59,794 nucleotides of DNA from Gemmatimonadota bacterium (GCA_041488455.1 JBGPPG010000006.1:1-59794); one strand, 5' to 3'. Counted from the first letter of the stretch, positions 37,401-51,128 are shown. Translations and numbers: made by a program. Notes: generated by a model not told the origin, from the letters alone.

Positions 37401-38562
37401 CGGCCGACCGTCTCGGCCCCCCCGGCCGCTGGCGTCTGCGCGATCGACGCTTCGGCCCGACGGTCTCGCGATGCGAGCGCTGCGTGATACTCGTCGATCA
37501 GCCGGCGCAGCATCGCTTCCCGCTTGCCGAAAAGACGCTTGAGCGGGCGGGGCTCGTGCCGCGCCAGCACGTAGGCCGTAAGCAACGGCAGCGCGATCGA
37601 GTTGTCACAGTACACCACGACCGTTCCGGGCAGCTGGTCCGGATCGATCTTCCCCCAGCTCACCGCCTCCGCCGGGGTGGCGCCGGAAAGCCCGCCGGTG
37701 TCCGCGCGCGCGTCGGTCATCTGGAGGAAGTAGTCGTGACCACGCTCGTCGATACCGAGCACTTCCTGGATCTGGGGCTCAGTCTGGAGCATGAAGTTCT
37801 TGGGGCTCCCGCCGCCCACGATGAGACAGGCGCTCTTTCCGGCCGACCGCTTCGCCTCGAGGACGATCGCCGCGGTCTCGTTCACGTCGGCGCTCACGTC
37901 GAACCTGAGCTTGCTCCCCGCCAGCGCCTGCTCCGCCACGTTCATCCCGATGGAGCTGTCCCCCGGCGAGCTGGTGTAGATCGGTACGTCGAGCTGGTAT
38001 GCCGCGGCCAGCACGGAGCGCCGGGTGAGGCCGAGGGCCCGCTCCCGCTCGAGCAGGTACTTCCCCAGCAGCCAGTGGTACTCGGCGGTGCTCATGGGCC
38101 GCTGGAACTCTGCCCGGGCCGAGACCTCTCTGATGAAGGCGTCGGTGGAGAGCAGCACCGAGTAGTCGAAGAAGATGTCGTAGATCCGTACCACGCCCTT
38201 GTCGCGCAGCTCCACGTCGTCCGCGTGCGGGCTGCCCCGATGCATGGCGAGCCCGAGCCCGAAGTGTGCGTCGTGGTAGAGGTTCGCGCCGGTCGAGATC
38301 ATCCAGTCCACGAACCCAGCTTCCATGAGCGGGATGAGACAGCTCATGCCCAGCCCGGCGGGCGTCATGGCCCCGGTGAGGCTCATGCCGACGGTCACGT
38401 CGGATGCCAGCATCCGATGAGTGAAGAGCGCGCACCCTTCGCGGAGCCGGCCCGCGTTGTAAGCGAGAAACGCGTTATCGATCAGCTCCGCGGCGGTCTC
38501 CCGGCCGGTCGTGGCCGCCGGGTCGATCCGCTGGCCCCCCAGATACGCGGCCGAAGGGCGGG

Positions 38563-38566
<4 letters not shown>
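37397..38566 (-). CDS. deoxyhypusine synthase-like (homospermidine synthase-type) protein
   Basis: [32 protein letters not shown] and [15 protein letters not shown]. Confidence 0.9.
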
Positions 38567-39326
<760 letters not shown>

Positions 39327-39330
<4 letters not shown>

Positions 39331-40475
39331 GGCTTCAGGAGCTCCACCAGCGCGAGATGATCATCCGGGACATTGTAGAAATAGGGTGAGACCCGTACGT
39401 AGCCCGGCCGGGCGTCAACGATAATGCCGGCGTCACCGAGCCGGCGCACGTCCCCCGCCGGGTCAGCGCTCGGAAGCATCACGATGGCAGAACGAGCCTC
39501 CGGCGTCGCCGCGACGCTGGGCGCAAGCCCCGCCCCCCGGGCTTGCTCGATCAGGTCCTCCGTGAGCGCCGTCGTCGCCCGGCGCACCTCCAGGGTCCCG
39601 ACCTCATCCAGCACGTCGAGGCCCCCGAGTTGCGCATAGACCGCCGCCATGGCCGGCGTTCCCGCCTCGAAGCGCCGGGCGTCGTCGTGGGGCACCAGGC
39701 GCCGCGGGTCGAATCGGAACTGATCGCGGTGAGCGAACCACCCCGTGGTCCGAGGTGCGAGCTCGCCCGCAAGCTCGGGCCGCACGTACAGGAAGGCGAT
39801 CCCCGACCCGCCCAGGAGCCACTTGAGTCCGCCGGCGCAATAGAAGTCGACGTCCAGTCGGCGCACGTCTACGGGAAGCTGCCCTGCGGCCTGATAGCCG
39901 TCCACCAGCAGCAGCGCGCCCTTGCGGTGGGCGATGCCGGCGAGTGCGGCGACATCCTGAATCGCACCCGACGTGAAGAACACATGGCTGGTCGCCATCA
40001 GTGCGGTGCGGTCATCCACCGCCCGCTCGATGCGCTCCAGCGGGACCTGGACGCCGTCCGGACTCTCGACCACCTCGACCTCGACGCCTTCGCCCGTTTT
40101 CGCCAGCCATTGGTAGGCGATCGTCGGGAAGTCGAGACTCGTAACCACGACCTTGGGCCGGGTCCGGTAGTCCAGGGCTTCGGCAACAGCTGAAAGCGCG
40201 CTGGAGATGTTCGGGTGCAAGGCGACATCCGCGGCCTCGGCCCCAACGAGCCGGGCGTAGCGTCCCCGCAGCTCGCCCAGGGCCGCCCACCAGACGTCGT
40301 ACCAGGCCGCCGCACCCCGCCGCTCCCACAGATCGAGATACTCGCTGACCCGGGCGCGGGAGCGGCGGGACAGGGCGCCAAGGGAGCAACTGTTGAGATA
40401 GATCGCGTGGCGGAAGATCGGGAACTCGTCCCGAAGGTGCCGCGCGGGCGGCGCCGAAACCGAAGCGGCGGCCAT
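39327..40475 (-). CDS. class V PLP-dependent enzyme (kynureninase/desulfurase-like)
   Basis: YLNSCSLG, DGYQAAG, GGLKWLLGG, FEAGTP and R.SPYFYN. Confidence 0.88.
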
Positions 40476-40518
40476 AGCCCGGGGAATATACCCCAGCCAC
40501 CGGAATTATCTTACGGCG

Positions 40519-40779
40519 ATGGCTGCCACCTGGTTCTCGCTCGCGGCGCGCCTCGGCGCGCGGGCCCTCGTCAGTCCTCGGCTCGCCCGTGACCTGCTCG
40601 GGACCGCGTGGGCCTTTCGGCGGCGAGACTGGTGGCGCAGGCCGCCCTTCCTGCCGCTCCCGGACCGCGAGTACCTGCGCTGGCGGATGTACACGGCCTA
40701 CGCCGACGAAAACGCCGTGCCGCCGGTGGATGACGTCGTGCGGTTCGCGCGCTGGCGGCGGGAGACGATGGGTCTGTGA
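40519..40779 (+). CDS. small hypothetical protein
   Basis: WWRRPPFLPLP..EYLRWR.YTAY pattern, with a GTGA overlap into ndh. Confidence 0.75.
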   Translation: MAATWFSLAARLGARALVSPRLARDLLGTAWAFRRRDWWRRPPFLPLPDREYLRWRMYTAYADENAVPPVDDVVRFARWRRETMGL

Positions 40780-42080
40780 CCGGTCCGGACGAGGGGCGGG
40801 TTCCGCATATAGTCATCATCGGCGGCGGGTTCGCGGGGATCTATGCCGCGCGCGCGCTCAAGGGCGCGCGGGTCCGCATCACTCTCATCGACCGGAAGAA
40901 CCACCACCTCTTCCAGCCGATGCTCTACCAGGTCGCGACCGCGGGACTCAATCCGGCTGACATCACCGCCCCGATTCGCTCTATCCTCCGCAGCCAGAAG
41001 AACGTCGATGTTGTTCTGGCGGAGGCGATCAGGGTCGATACCAAGGCTCACACGGTCGAGCTGGCCGACTGCGCCCGGCTCACCTACGACTACCTGATCG
41101 TTTGCACCGGGGCCCGCCACAGCTACTTCGGGCACGCCGACTGGGAGGCGCTCGCCCCGGGACTCAAGAGCCTGGAGGACGCGCTCGAAATCCGCCGCCG
41201 CGTGCTCACCGCGTTCGAGCGGGCGGAACGCGAGCCCGATCCAGTGAAACGGCACGCCGATCTTACCTTCGTGATCGTCGGCGGCGGCGCGACCGGCGTC
41301 GAGATGGCCGGCGCTGTGGCCGAGATTCGGAGCTTCGCCCTGCGGCGGGATTTTCGGCACATCGACCCGCGCGATGCCACCGTGCTGCTCCTTGAAGGCG
41401 GACCGCGGGTTCTTCCGTCCTACCCCGAAACGCTCAGCGCGGAAGCCAAGCGGGAGCTGCGCTCGCTCGGGGTGGACGTTCGCACAGAGACCTTTGTCAC
41501 CGACATCCGGCCCGGAGCAGTGCACGCAGCCGGCTGGACTATCCCCACGAACACCGTGATCTGGGCCGCGGGTAACGTGGTGAGTTCGCTGCTCAAGACC
41601 CTGGGCGCGCCGCTGGATGGCCAGGGGAGAGTCGCGGTGCAGCCGGACTGCACCATCCCCGGGCACCCTGAAGTCTTCGTGCTAGGTGATGCGGCGGTGT
41701 TCGCTGAGGCAGGCCGTACGCTGCCCGGCATCTGTCCGGTCGCCATCCAGATGGGGCAGTACGCCGCCGGTGCCATCCGGGCCGATCTCGCCGGACGTCC
41801 GCGGATGCCATTCAGCTACTGGGACAAGGGGCAGCTCGCCGTCATCGGGCGGGGCCAGGCGGTCGCGGATATCGGCCGGCTCCATTTCAGCGGCTTCGTC
41901 GCGTGGTTCCTCTGGGTCTTCATTCACATCTTCTTCCTGATCGGGTTCCGGAACCGCGTCCTCGTCCTCATCGAATGGGCGTGGGCCTACGTGACGTACC
42001 AGCGCGGCGCGCGCCTGATCACTGACCCCTGGCGGACGGAGCCGACGCGGGAAGGCGAGCGGGCCTGCACCGCGACGTAA
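40776..42080 (+). CDS. ndh: type II NADH:quinone oxidoreductase-like FAD oxidoreductase
   Basis: GGGFAG, FQPMLYQVAT, GGGATGVE.AG, IWAAG and GFRNR. Confidence 0.9.
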   Translation: MTGPDEGRVPHIVIIGGGFAGIYAARALKGARVRITLIDRKNHHLFQPMLYQVATAGLNPADITAPIRSILRSQKNVDVVLAEAIRVDTKAHTVELADCARLTYDYLIVCTGARHSYFGHADWEALAPGLKSLEDALEIRRRVLTAFERAEREPDPVKRHADLTFVIVGGGATGVEMAGAVAEIRSFALRRDFRHIDPRDATVLLLEGGPRVLPSYPETLSAEAKRELRSLGVDVRTETFVTDIRPGAVHAAGWTIPTNTVIWAAGNVVSSLLKTLGAPLDGQGRVAVQPDCTIPGHPEVFVLGDAAVFAEAGRTLPGICPVAIQMGQYAAGAIRADLAGRPRMPFSYWDKGQLAVIGRGQAVADIGRLHFSGFVAWFLWVFIHIFFLIGFRNRVLVLIEWAWAYVTYQRGARLITDPWRTEPTREGERACTAT

Positions 42081-42105
42081 CCGGCTTCCATCAAGGCGCG
42101 CCCCG

Positions 42106-43041
42106 ATGCCCATCACCGCCCAGGACGTGAAGGCCGAAGCCACCCGGCTCGGCTTCATGGCTGCAGGCATTACCGACCTCCGCCCCAGCGAGCATGCTGC
42201 GGAATTCGACAGTTGGCTTGCACACGGGTACGCAGGGACCATGCGCTACCTCCATCGGCAGGCCAAGAAGCGGAAGGACCCGAAGCGAATCGACACGCAG
42301 GCGAGGAGAGTAGTAGTAGTACTCGACAACTATTTCTCCGCGGATCTGCCCGGGGACCTGGAACCGCCCCGGGTCGCGAAGTATGCACGGGGGGAAGACT
42401 ACCACCGCTCGACGCTGCGGCGGCTGGAGGTCCTGGCAGATTTTCTCCGCCAGAATGGCGCCAAAGTGGCCCGGACCTACACCGACACGGGCCCGGTACC
42501 GGAGCGGGAACTCGCGCAGCGCGCAGGGCTCGGATGGATCGGAAAGAACACGATGCTCATCCAGCCTGAGGGCGGCTCCTTCTGCTTCATCGGGTGCGTC
42601 TTCACGGATCTCCCGCTCGCCATCGACCAGCCGTTCGAGATGGACCGCTGTGGCAGCTGTACCCGGTGCCTCGAAGCCTGCCCCACTGGAGCGTTCATCG
42701 AGCCCCGCGTGCTCGACGCCACGCGCTGCATCGCGTATCTCACGATCGAGCATCGGGGGCCGATCCCGGAGGCCGTCGTTCCGAAGCTCGATGGCTGGGC
42801 ATTCGGGTGCGACGTCTGCAACGACGTGTGTCCGTGGAACGCGCGGTTCGCCTCGGAGGCAACGACGTCGGAATTCGACCCGCGGGGGCTGCTCCGCGGA
42901 GTAGCATCGGATTTCTTCGATGAAATGGACGAAGCTGAGTTCGCGGCTCGCTTCGGCGAGACGCCGTTTTCTCGGCCCGGACTGGACGGAATGCGGCGCA
43001 ATCTGCACGCAGCCTTCACCTCGCGGAGTTGCCGCGCGTGA
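42106..43041 (+). CDS. queG: tRNA epoxyqueuosine(34) reductase
   Basis: YARG.DYH, DTGPV.ER, GWIGKN, CGSCTRC...CPT and FGCDVC..VCPWN. Confidence 0.93.
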   Translation: MPITAQDVKAEATRLGFMAAGITDLRPSEHAAEFDSWLAHGYAGTMRYLHRQAKKRKDPKRIDTQARRVVVVLDNYFSADLPGDLEPPRVAKYARGEDYHRSTLRRLEVLADFLRQNGAKVARTYTDTGPVPERELAQRAGLGWIGKNTMLIQPEGGSFCFIGCVFTDLPLAIDQPFEMDRCGSCTRCLEACPTGAFIEPRVLDATRCIAYLTIEHRGPIPEAVVPKLDGWAFGCDVCNDVCPWNARFASEATTSEFDPRGLLRGVASDFFDEMDEAEFAARFGETPFSRPGLDGMRRNLHAAFTSRSCRA

Positions 43042-43574
43042 CGTTCGCCATCCGCCTCGCCACCCCAGCCGATGCAGCCCGCCTGGCCGAGCTCGCAGCC
43101 CGCACGTTTGCGGAGACCTACGCTGCCTACAACGACCCGGCGGACATGGCTGCGCACATCACTGCCAGGTACGGCGAGGCCAAACAGTCCGAGGAGCTCG
43201 CCGATCCGGCGTCGACCTACATCGTTGCGGAGCTGGGTAACCAGCTCATCGGCTACGCCTACCTCGTCGCGGACCAGGCGCCCGGTGGCGTCGCGCTCGA
43301 CGCGCCGGTCGAGCTGGTCCGTTTCTACGTATCGAGTGAATGGCACGGACGCGGCGTGGCCCGGCCCCTGATGGCGGCCTGCGTCGCCGAGGCGCGGCGA
43401 CATGGGGGGCGGACTCTCTGCTTGGGAGTCTGGGAGGAAAACCCGAGGGCGATCGCCTTCTATCAAAAGGCGGGCTTCGAGATCGTCGGAAAGACCGCAT
43501 TTCACCTCGGCTCGCAGCACCAGGTCGATCACGTCATGGCGATGGCGCTGGACGGAGCCGGCAGGGCCTCGTGA
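43038..43574 (+). CDS. GNAT family N-acetyltransferase (PaiA-like)
   Basis: RFYV...HGRGVA and LGVWE.N.RAIAFY.K.GF. Confidence 0.9.
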   Translation: MTFAIRLATPADAARLAELAARTFAETYAAYNDPADMAAHITARYGEAKQSEELADPASTYIVAELGNQLIGYAYLVADQAPGGVALDAPVELVRFYVSSEWHGRGVARPLMAACVAEARRHGGRTLCLGVWEENPRAIAFYQKAGFEIVGKTAFHLGSQHQVDHVMAMALDGAGRAS

Positions 43575-44083
43575 CCCATGCCCGACCCGCCGACCCGCCG
43601 GTCCGGGAGCTCACCGAGCCTGAGCGCCGGCGGGTCGTCCGGGCCGAGCGTCTCGCGTTCCTCCTGGACAACGCGATCCGCATTCCCGGAACGCCGTTCC
43701 GGATCGGCCTCGACCCGCTGCTCGGGCTGCTCCCCGGCCTCGGCGATGCGATCGGAGCTCTGGCCTCGGCGTGGATCGTGGTCGAGGCCGTACGCTTCGG
43801 CGCCCCGCGCGCGGTGCTGGTCCGGATGCTCTACAACATCGGGATCGACAGCCTGATCGGGGCCGTTCCCGGCGCCGGCGACCTGTTCGATTTCGTCTGG
43901 AAGTCGGACGCCAAGAACATGGCACTCCTGCGGCGGCATCTGGCTGAGCCGCATGTCGTACACCGGGCCAGCCGGCGGCTCCTGATCATGGTCGTGTTGC
44001 TTATCGTCGGCATCGCCGCCAGCGCCGTCGTCGCGGCCGTGCTTCTGCTCCGCTACCTCCTGACCCTCTCACCCCACTTCTGA
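43571..44083 (+). CDS. DUF4112 family protein
   Basis: LLD..IRIPGT..RIGLD.LLGL.PG.GD and GDLFD..WK. Confidence 0.88.
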   Translation: MTHARPADPPVRELTEPERRRVVRAERLAFLLDNAIRIPGTPFRIGLDPLLGLLPGLGDAIGALASAWIVVEAVRFGAPRAVLVRMLYNIGIDSLIGAVPGAGDLFDFVWKSDAKNMALLRRHLAEPHVVHRASRRLLIMVVLLIVGIAASAVVAAVLLLRYLLTLSPHF

Positions 44084-44091
44084 GCCCACCG

Positions 44092-45216
44092 ATGCGCTTC
44101 GAGACGCTCGCCGTGCACGCCGGCCACCACCCCGACCCGGCCACGGGCGCGGTCACGCCACCGATCCACCTCTCCACGACGTACGAACGCGCGCCGGACG
44201 GGACATTTCCGGGCGGCTACATCTATTCGCGCGACGCGAATCCCAATCGCCGCGCGCTCGAGCGCAGTCTCGCGGAGCTCGAGGCCGGTAGCGCCGCTGC
44301 GGCCTTCGCCTCCGGCATGGCGGCCACGGCGGCGATCTTCCAGTCGCTTGCGCCGGGCGACCACGTCGTCGTGCCCGACGACTCGTATTACATCACCCGG
44401 AAGCTGCTGGGGGAGGTCTATGCCCGCTGGGGGCTGGCCCACACCCCGGTAAACCTGACCGACCCGGCCGCAGTCGCCGCCGCGCTTCGGCCGAACACGC
44501 GGCTCGTCTGGATCGAGACCCCATCGAACCCGCTCATGCGGGTGACGGACATCGCCGCGATCGTCGCTCTCGCTCGGAAGGCCGGCGCGCGGGTTGCCTG
44601 CGACAACACCTGGGCGTCGCCGGTACTGACCCGACCGCTCGAGCTGGGCGCCGATCTCGTCATGCATTCCACGACCAAGTACCTCGGAGGCCACAGCGAC
44701 GTTCTGAGCGGCGCGGTGATCGCGCGGGCCGACGACGAGATGTTCCAGCGGATCAGGACGGTGCAGATCGCCGGCGGGGCCGTTGCCGCACCCTTCGATT
44801 GCTGGCTCCTGCTACGGGGCATCAGGTCGCTGCCGTACCGGATGCGGGGCCACTGCGAGCACGCGCTGGCGGTGGCCCGGTTCCTCGAGGCGCACCCCGC
44901 GGTCGCGCGGGTCCACTATCCGGGCCTCGCCTCACACCCGGCGCATGCGGTGGCAGCGCGCCAGATGGCGAGCTTCGGAGGCATGCTGTCGCTGGAGGTC
45001 CGGGGTGGGCGCGCCGAGGCGATGGCGATGACGGCGCGACTCAAGCTGATTACGCGCGCCACCAGCCTCGGCGGGCCCGAAACACTCATCGAGCATCGCG
45101 CGTCGGTCGAGGGCGTGCATACGCGTGCGCCCGAGAGCCTGCTCCGCCTGTCGGTCGGGCTCGAGCATCCCGATGATCTCATCGCGGATCTCGCTCAAGC
45201 CCTGGAGGCCGCGTGA
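44092..45216 (+). CDS. cystathionine gamma-synthase/lyase family PLP enzyme
   Basis: YSR..NP, FASGMAA, ETPSNP, DNT, HSTTKYLGGHSD and SLGG.E. Confidence 0.92.
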   Translation: MRFETLAVHAGHHPDPATGAVTPPIHLSTTYERAPDGTFPGGYIYSRDANPNRRALERSLAELEAGSAAAAFASGMAATAAIFQSLAPGDHVVVPDDSYYITRKLLGEVYARWGLAHTPVNLTDPAAVAAALRPNTRLVWIETPSNPLMRVTDIAAIVALARKAGARVACDNTWASPVLTRPLELGADLVMHSTTKYLGGHSDVLSGAVIARADDEMFQRIRTVQIAGGAVAAPFDCWLLLRGIRSLPYRMRGHCEHALAVARFLEAHPAVARVHYPGLASHPAHAVAARQMASFGGMLSLEVRGGRAEAMAMTARLKLITRATSLGGPETLIEHRASVEGVHTRAPESLLRLSVGLEHPDDLIADLAQALEAA

Positions 45217-45578
45217 TCCGCTCGATGTACAGCGTGGCCGTGTTCGTCCACGATATCGACCGCGCGGTCGCGTTCTACTGCGACGATCTCGGACTGGCGT
45301 TGACCAAACGGGGGTCGTTCGGCGCCGAATTCCTGGAGCAGGAGCCCCACCTCGGAGTGCACCCGGCGGTTCACCCAGACTCGAAGGCGCTGGTCGGCCG
45401 TCACACCGGTGTCACGTTCCACGTGCCCGACCTGGTCGATTTCTGCGCGCGCCTGCACGAGCGGAACGTCCGCGTAATCGCGGAGCCCGCCCAGCAGGCG
45501 TGGGGCATCATGGCAATGATCGCGGATCCGGATGGAAACGTGTTTGCGCTGTGGGAGGATCGCCTGCCGGAACAGTGA
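45213..45578 (+). CDS. VOC/glyoxalase family protein
   Basis: V.DIDRA..FY...LG and WG....DPDGN. Confidence 0.88.
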   Translation: MIRSMYSVAVFVHDIDRAVAFYCDDLGLALTKRGSFGAEFLEQEPHLGVHPAVHPDSKALVGRHTGVTFHVPDLVDFCARLHERNVRVIAEPAQQAWGIMAMIADPDGNVFALWEDRLPEQ

Positions 45579-46047
45579 GCAGCGCAGCCGCCTCGGGCGA
45601 ACCGCGAAGCCAGTCCTCGACGATCTGGCCCTGCTGCTCCATGCCGTACGTTGCGAAGGGGCGAGGCGACCCGCAGGCGTAGTCGTATGGACTTGGGCCG
45701 AGCCCCCGGCGGTGGCGAAGCTCGCGCAGCCGGTCGGCGACGCCCCGCGCGTAGTAGCGCAGCGCACCCCAGGCCTGGTACTGGGCGCAGTGGGTCAGCT
45801 CGTGGGCCAGCACGGGCAGCGAGTCGCAACAACGCTCGGGCAGAAAGACATCGTTGCCCAGAGCGATGGCGCGCCCGCCGGTGAGCCGAAGCACGAGGGC
45901 ACGAAGCGCGCGGCGTGCCGGGCCGCCTGCCCCGCGGTGCAGCCGCACCCGCGCCAAATCGACGGGAAGAGGGAGCCCGGCAAGCGCGCTCTCCTCGACC
46001 GCGGTGAGCCGGCGCCCACGACTGCTCTGGCCCTCTGGTCCTGGCAT
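45508..46047 (-). CDS. DUF4157-like HExxH domain protein
   Basis: VRLH, AIALGNDVF, LAHELTHCAQ and Y.MEQQ..IVED. Confidence 0.75.
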   Translation of the reverse strand: MPGPEGQSSRGRRLTAVEESALAGLPLPVDLARVRLHRGAGGPARRALRALVLRLTGGRAIALGNDVFLPERCCDSLPVLAHELTHCAQYQAWGALRYYARGVADRLRELRHRRGLGPSPYDYACGSPRPFATYGMEQQGQIVEDWLRGSPEAAALLTVPAGDPPTAQTRFHPDPRSLP

Positions 46048-46126
46048 CTTACCTCATTGATGCGGCCGCGCGTCCACGATCGGCCCTTGTCGGGGGCTCG
46101 ACGGCCCCGCTAAGGTTACGGCCCTG

Positions 46127-46897
46127 TTGCTCCCTTCGGAATCCGGGCGCATGGCGCAGCTCTGGCAAACCCTCATGTCGCTCTGGGCGTGGCTCGTCCT
46201 CGCTGGCTGCCTCGTGCTCTGGCTGCCGGCCATGGCCCTGATCCGGCTCGCCACGCTGTCGGATCCCGGCCGTTACGCCGTCGGCTACCTGTTCCGCCGG
46301 ATCGGCCCGGTGATGGCCACCCTCAATCCGCTGTGGCGGTTCCGGACCTCCGGCACACCACCGCCCGACCCCCGCCGACCCTACGTTGTCGTTTCCAACC
46401 ACGAGTCGTTCGCCGACATCCTGCTCATCAGCCATCTCCCCTGGGAGATGAAATGGCTTTCCAAGGCCGAGCTGTTCCGGGTCCCGGTGCTTGGCTGGCT
46501 GATGCGCCTCGCGGGCGACGTCCCGGTCCGGCGAGGCGAGGGGAGGAGTGCCGTCGAGGCGCTCCAGCGCTGCCGCGAGGTGCTCAAGACCCGGGTGTCG
46601 GTGATGATCTTCCCTGAGGGCACGCGCTCGATGACGGACGACATGCTTCCCTTCAAGGACGGTGCGTTCCGGCTGGCGGTCCAGACCGGCGCCCCGATTC
46701 TTCCGCTGGCGGTCTCCGGCACGGGAACAGCGCTGCCGAAGCACGATTGGCGTTTCGGGCGGTCCGTCGCCGAGGTGCGCGTGCTCGCGCCCGTCGAGAC
46801 GACCGGCCTCACGGTGAAGGACGTCCCCGCGCTGCGGGATCGCGTTCGTCAGCAGATCCTCGAGGCGCGCGACGCGCTCCGCCGGGAGCACGCCTGA
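46127..46897 (+). CDS. 1-acyl-sn-glycerol-3-phosphate (lysophospholipid) acyltransferase
   Basis: NHESFAD, FPEGTRS and FKDGAF. The start may be ATG46151. Confidence 0.9.
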   Translation: MLPSESGRMAQLWQTLMSLWAWLVLAGCLVLWLPAMALIRLATLSDPGRYAVGYLFRRIGPVMATLNPLWRFRTSGTPPPDPRRPYVVVSNHESFADILLISHLPWEMKWLSKAELFRVPVLGWLMRLAGDVPVRRGEGRSAVEALQRCREVLKTRVSVMIFPEGTRSMTDDMLPFKDGAFRLAVQTGAPILPLAVSGTGTALPKHDWRFGRSVAEVRVLAPVETTGLTVKDVPALRDRVRQQILEARDALRREHA

Positions 46898-46904
46898 GGG
46901 CGGG

Positions 46905-47825
46905 TCACTCGTCCTTGGCAAGGCCCGCCGGCGCCTGAACCCGCCCCACGGCGCCTGCGAGGGCGAGCAGCGTGAGGATATACGGCAGCATCAGGAAGAA
47001 CTGGTACGGTACGGCCAGCCCGAGGGCCTGAAAGAGAAACTGGAGTGCCGTCGCCGCACCGAAGAGCAGCGCCGCGAGCGCCACGCCTGCCGGATGCCAG
47101 CGTCCCAGTACCACGATCGCGATCGCGACATAGCCCCGGCCGGCCGTCATCTTCTCGGCGAAGGTGCCCACCTGCGCCAAGACCAGGCTCGCGCCCCCGA
47201 GACCCGCGAGCGCCCCACCGAACACCGTTGCCCAGAAACGGAGCGCACGCACCGGCACACCCGCCGCGCGGGCGAGCGGGCCCGCTTCACCGGTCGCGCG
47301 GAGCGCGAGCCCGATTCGCGTTCGATAGAGCGCCCACCAGACTACCGGCACGAATGCCAGGGCCAGATAGGTGAGCGCCGGCTGCGCAAAGAGCGCCGGG
47401 CCGAGTACCAGGATCCGGCTCAAACCCGGCACCGGAACCGGCCCCAGCGTGGGCAGCGTGAGTCCGGCTCCGCCCGCGCCGAATGCCTGCCGGTAGATCG
47501 TGCCCGTGAGGCCGACGCACGCGAGCGTGACAGCGGTACCGGCGATGATCTGGTTCACCCGCGCCCCCACCACCCAGGCCGCGAACACGGCGGCGACTGC
47601 CGCTCCCGAGAGCGCGCCGACCGCGACCCCGCTCCACGGCCCGGCGCTCGCCCCGAGCGCGGAGCCGAGCGCGCCGGCGAGCATCGCACCCTCGAGCCCG
47701 AGATTGATGACGCCGGCGCGCTCGGTCACCGTCTCCCCGATCGCGGCGAAGAGCAGTGGCGTTGCGACTCGAACGGATGCGGCCAGGAACCCGACCAGGG
47801 CACCGGCCTCGAGCGCGGGGCTCAT
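46905..47825 (-). CDS. nucleoside/sugar ABC transporter permease
   Basis: ERAGVINLGLEG and GRGYVAIA.V..GRW.P. Confidence 0.9.
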   Translation of the reverse strand: MSPALEAGALVGFLAASVRVATPLLFAAIGETVTERAGVINLGLEGAMLAGALGSALGASAGPWSGVAVGALSGAAVAAVFAAWVVGARVNQIIAGTAVTLACVGLTGTIYRQAFGAGGAGLTLPTLGPVPVPGLSRILVLGPALFAQPALTYLALAFVPVVWWALYRTRIGLALRATGEAGPLARAAGVPVRALRFWATVFGGALAGLGGASLVLAQVGTFAEKMTAGRGYVAIAIVVLGRWHPAGVALAALLFGAATALQFLFQALGLAVPYQFFLMLPYILTLLALAGAVGRVQAPAGLAKDE

Positions 47826-48870
47826 GCGGCCTCCGGCGGAGGATCCGGCAACGCCACTGTCGTGCGGGCGCGTCGGACCACCACCTCGGCCAGCAGCAGA
47901 ACGAGGATGATCACGCCCTCGACCACGTACACGGCGACCGCCGGGATTCCCGCGTCTCGCTGCATCGCCCCGGCGCCGGCCTCCAGCGCTCCAAACAGGA
48001 TGCCGGTCGCCACGATCGCAAGTGGCCGCAGCCGCGCGAGCAACGCCACGGCGATTGCCGTGAAGCCGTAGCCGGGGGAGAGGTTCTGGAAGAGGGCGTA
48101 GGACACCCCCGCCACCTCGACCCCGCCTGCAAGGCCGGCGATGGCGCCGGACCAGAGCAGAGCGAACGCCGTAACCCGCCCGACGTTGATCCGGCCGCTC
48201 ACGCTCGCCGCCCGTGGCCCTGTCCCGGTCGCAAGCAGCTCGAAGCCCCATACCGTACGCCGAAACACGTACCACACGACCAGCGCGAGGCCCACGCCGA
48301 CCAGGAAGCCGAGATGGAGTCGGGTGCCGGGTAGCAAGGGGAGCCGCGCCGCCTCCGCGATCGGATCGCTCTGAGGGTAGATCCGTTTCCCTTCCTGAAG
48401 CGGTCCCTGCACCATCCAGCTCACCAGCGACTCCGCCACGAAGTTGAGCAACAGCGTGCTGATCACCTCCAGCACGCCGAATCGGAGCCGGAGCCAGGCC
48501 GGCAGGGCCACCCAGATCGCCCCGGCCGTCGCCGCCGCCAGCCAGACGGCGGGAATCGCGACGACCGCCGTGACGCCGCCGAGATGGAGGCCGGCCCAGG
48601 TGGCCGCGATCGCGCCGGCATAGAACTGCCCCTCGGCGCCGATGTTGAGCGCGTTGGCTCGGAACGCGACCGCGATCCCCAATCCGATGATGATGAGCGG
48701 CACGGCCCGGACGAGCGTGGACGACGCGAACGCGTACCAGGAGCCGAACGCCCCGCGCCAGAGTGCCGCCAGCGCCGCGGGCGCGTCGAACCCAGCCGCC
48801 CAGAGCCCGACGGCGAGCACCGCAAGACCGATTCCGAGCGCGGCCGCCCCGGCGAGAGCACCCGACCCTT

Positions 48871-48874
<4 letters not shown>
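47822..48874 (-). CDS. nucleoside/sugar ABC transporter permease
   Basis: NIGAEGQ, EVISTLLLNF and GYGFTAIAVALL. Confidence 0.9.
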
Positions 48875-50339
<1,465 letters not shown>

Positions 50340-50343
<4 letters not shown>

Positions 50344-51128
50344 AGACCCGTCGGGTGCCGGTGAAATTCCCAGGGGAGGCCGAATTCAGCTTGGAGGCGC
50401 CTGGCGAGTGCCTGCACGCCGACCTGTTCCGTTGCATAGTGACCGGCGTAGATCACGTTCACCCCCCACTCCATCGAGTCGAAATAGGTGTGGTGGGCGC
50501 CCTCTCCAGTGATGAAGGTGTCGATGCCGGCGTCGCGGGCGGCCGCAATCATCGAGCCGGCTCCACCGGTCACGATGCCGATCCGCCGGGCTCGCTCGGG
50601 CCCTCCGGGAATGAGCCGCGCGGTCGTTCCGAGATCCGTGTCCAGCGCTGCCACCAGCCGGGCTCGATCTGCCAGGGCGGGGGGCGCCGTCCCGTACACG
50701 CCGATCGCCACACCGCGGTAGCTGCCGAACCACCCCTCGACCGGCAATCCTATGCGGCGCGCGAGCTCGACGTTGTTGCCCACTTCTGGATGCAGGTCGA
50801 GGGGGATGTGGGCCGAGTACAGCGCTGCATCTCCGTCGAGGAGCGCCTTCACCCGGCGGAAGCGGCGGCCGGTGAGGGGGACGTTGCCGTCCCAGAAGAG
50901 ACCATGGTGTACCAGGAGCAGGGGAGGAGAGGCGTTCGGCCCGCCGGTCGGGGGGGTGGCGCCCTCGATGGTCTCCAATGACGCATCCACGGCCGCCACG
51001 ACTCTCGCCACTCGCCCCTGGTTCGCCACCTGAAGCCCGTTGAGGGCGTTCGGATCGTCCGGCACCTCGGTCACCCGGAGGAAGCCGTCGAGAAACCGGG
51101 CCACCTCACCCAGGGCGACTTCCGTCAC
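50340..51128 (-). CDS. Nif3-like dinuclear metal centre protein
   Basis: NGLQV, VHHGLFW, HIPLD.H..GNN and GHYATE. Confidence 0.92.

Noticed and set aside
42308-42323. (GTA)4 microsatellite in queG
   Set aside because: It is an in-frame triplet encoding VVVV in a beta-strand, so it has no phase-variation potential.
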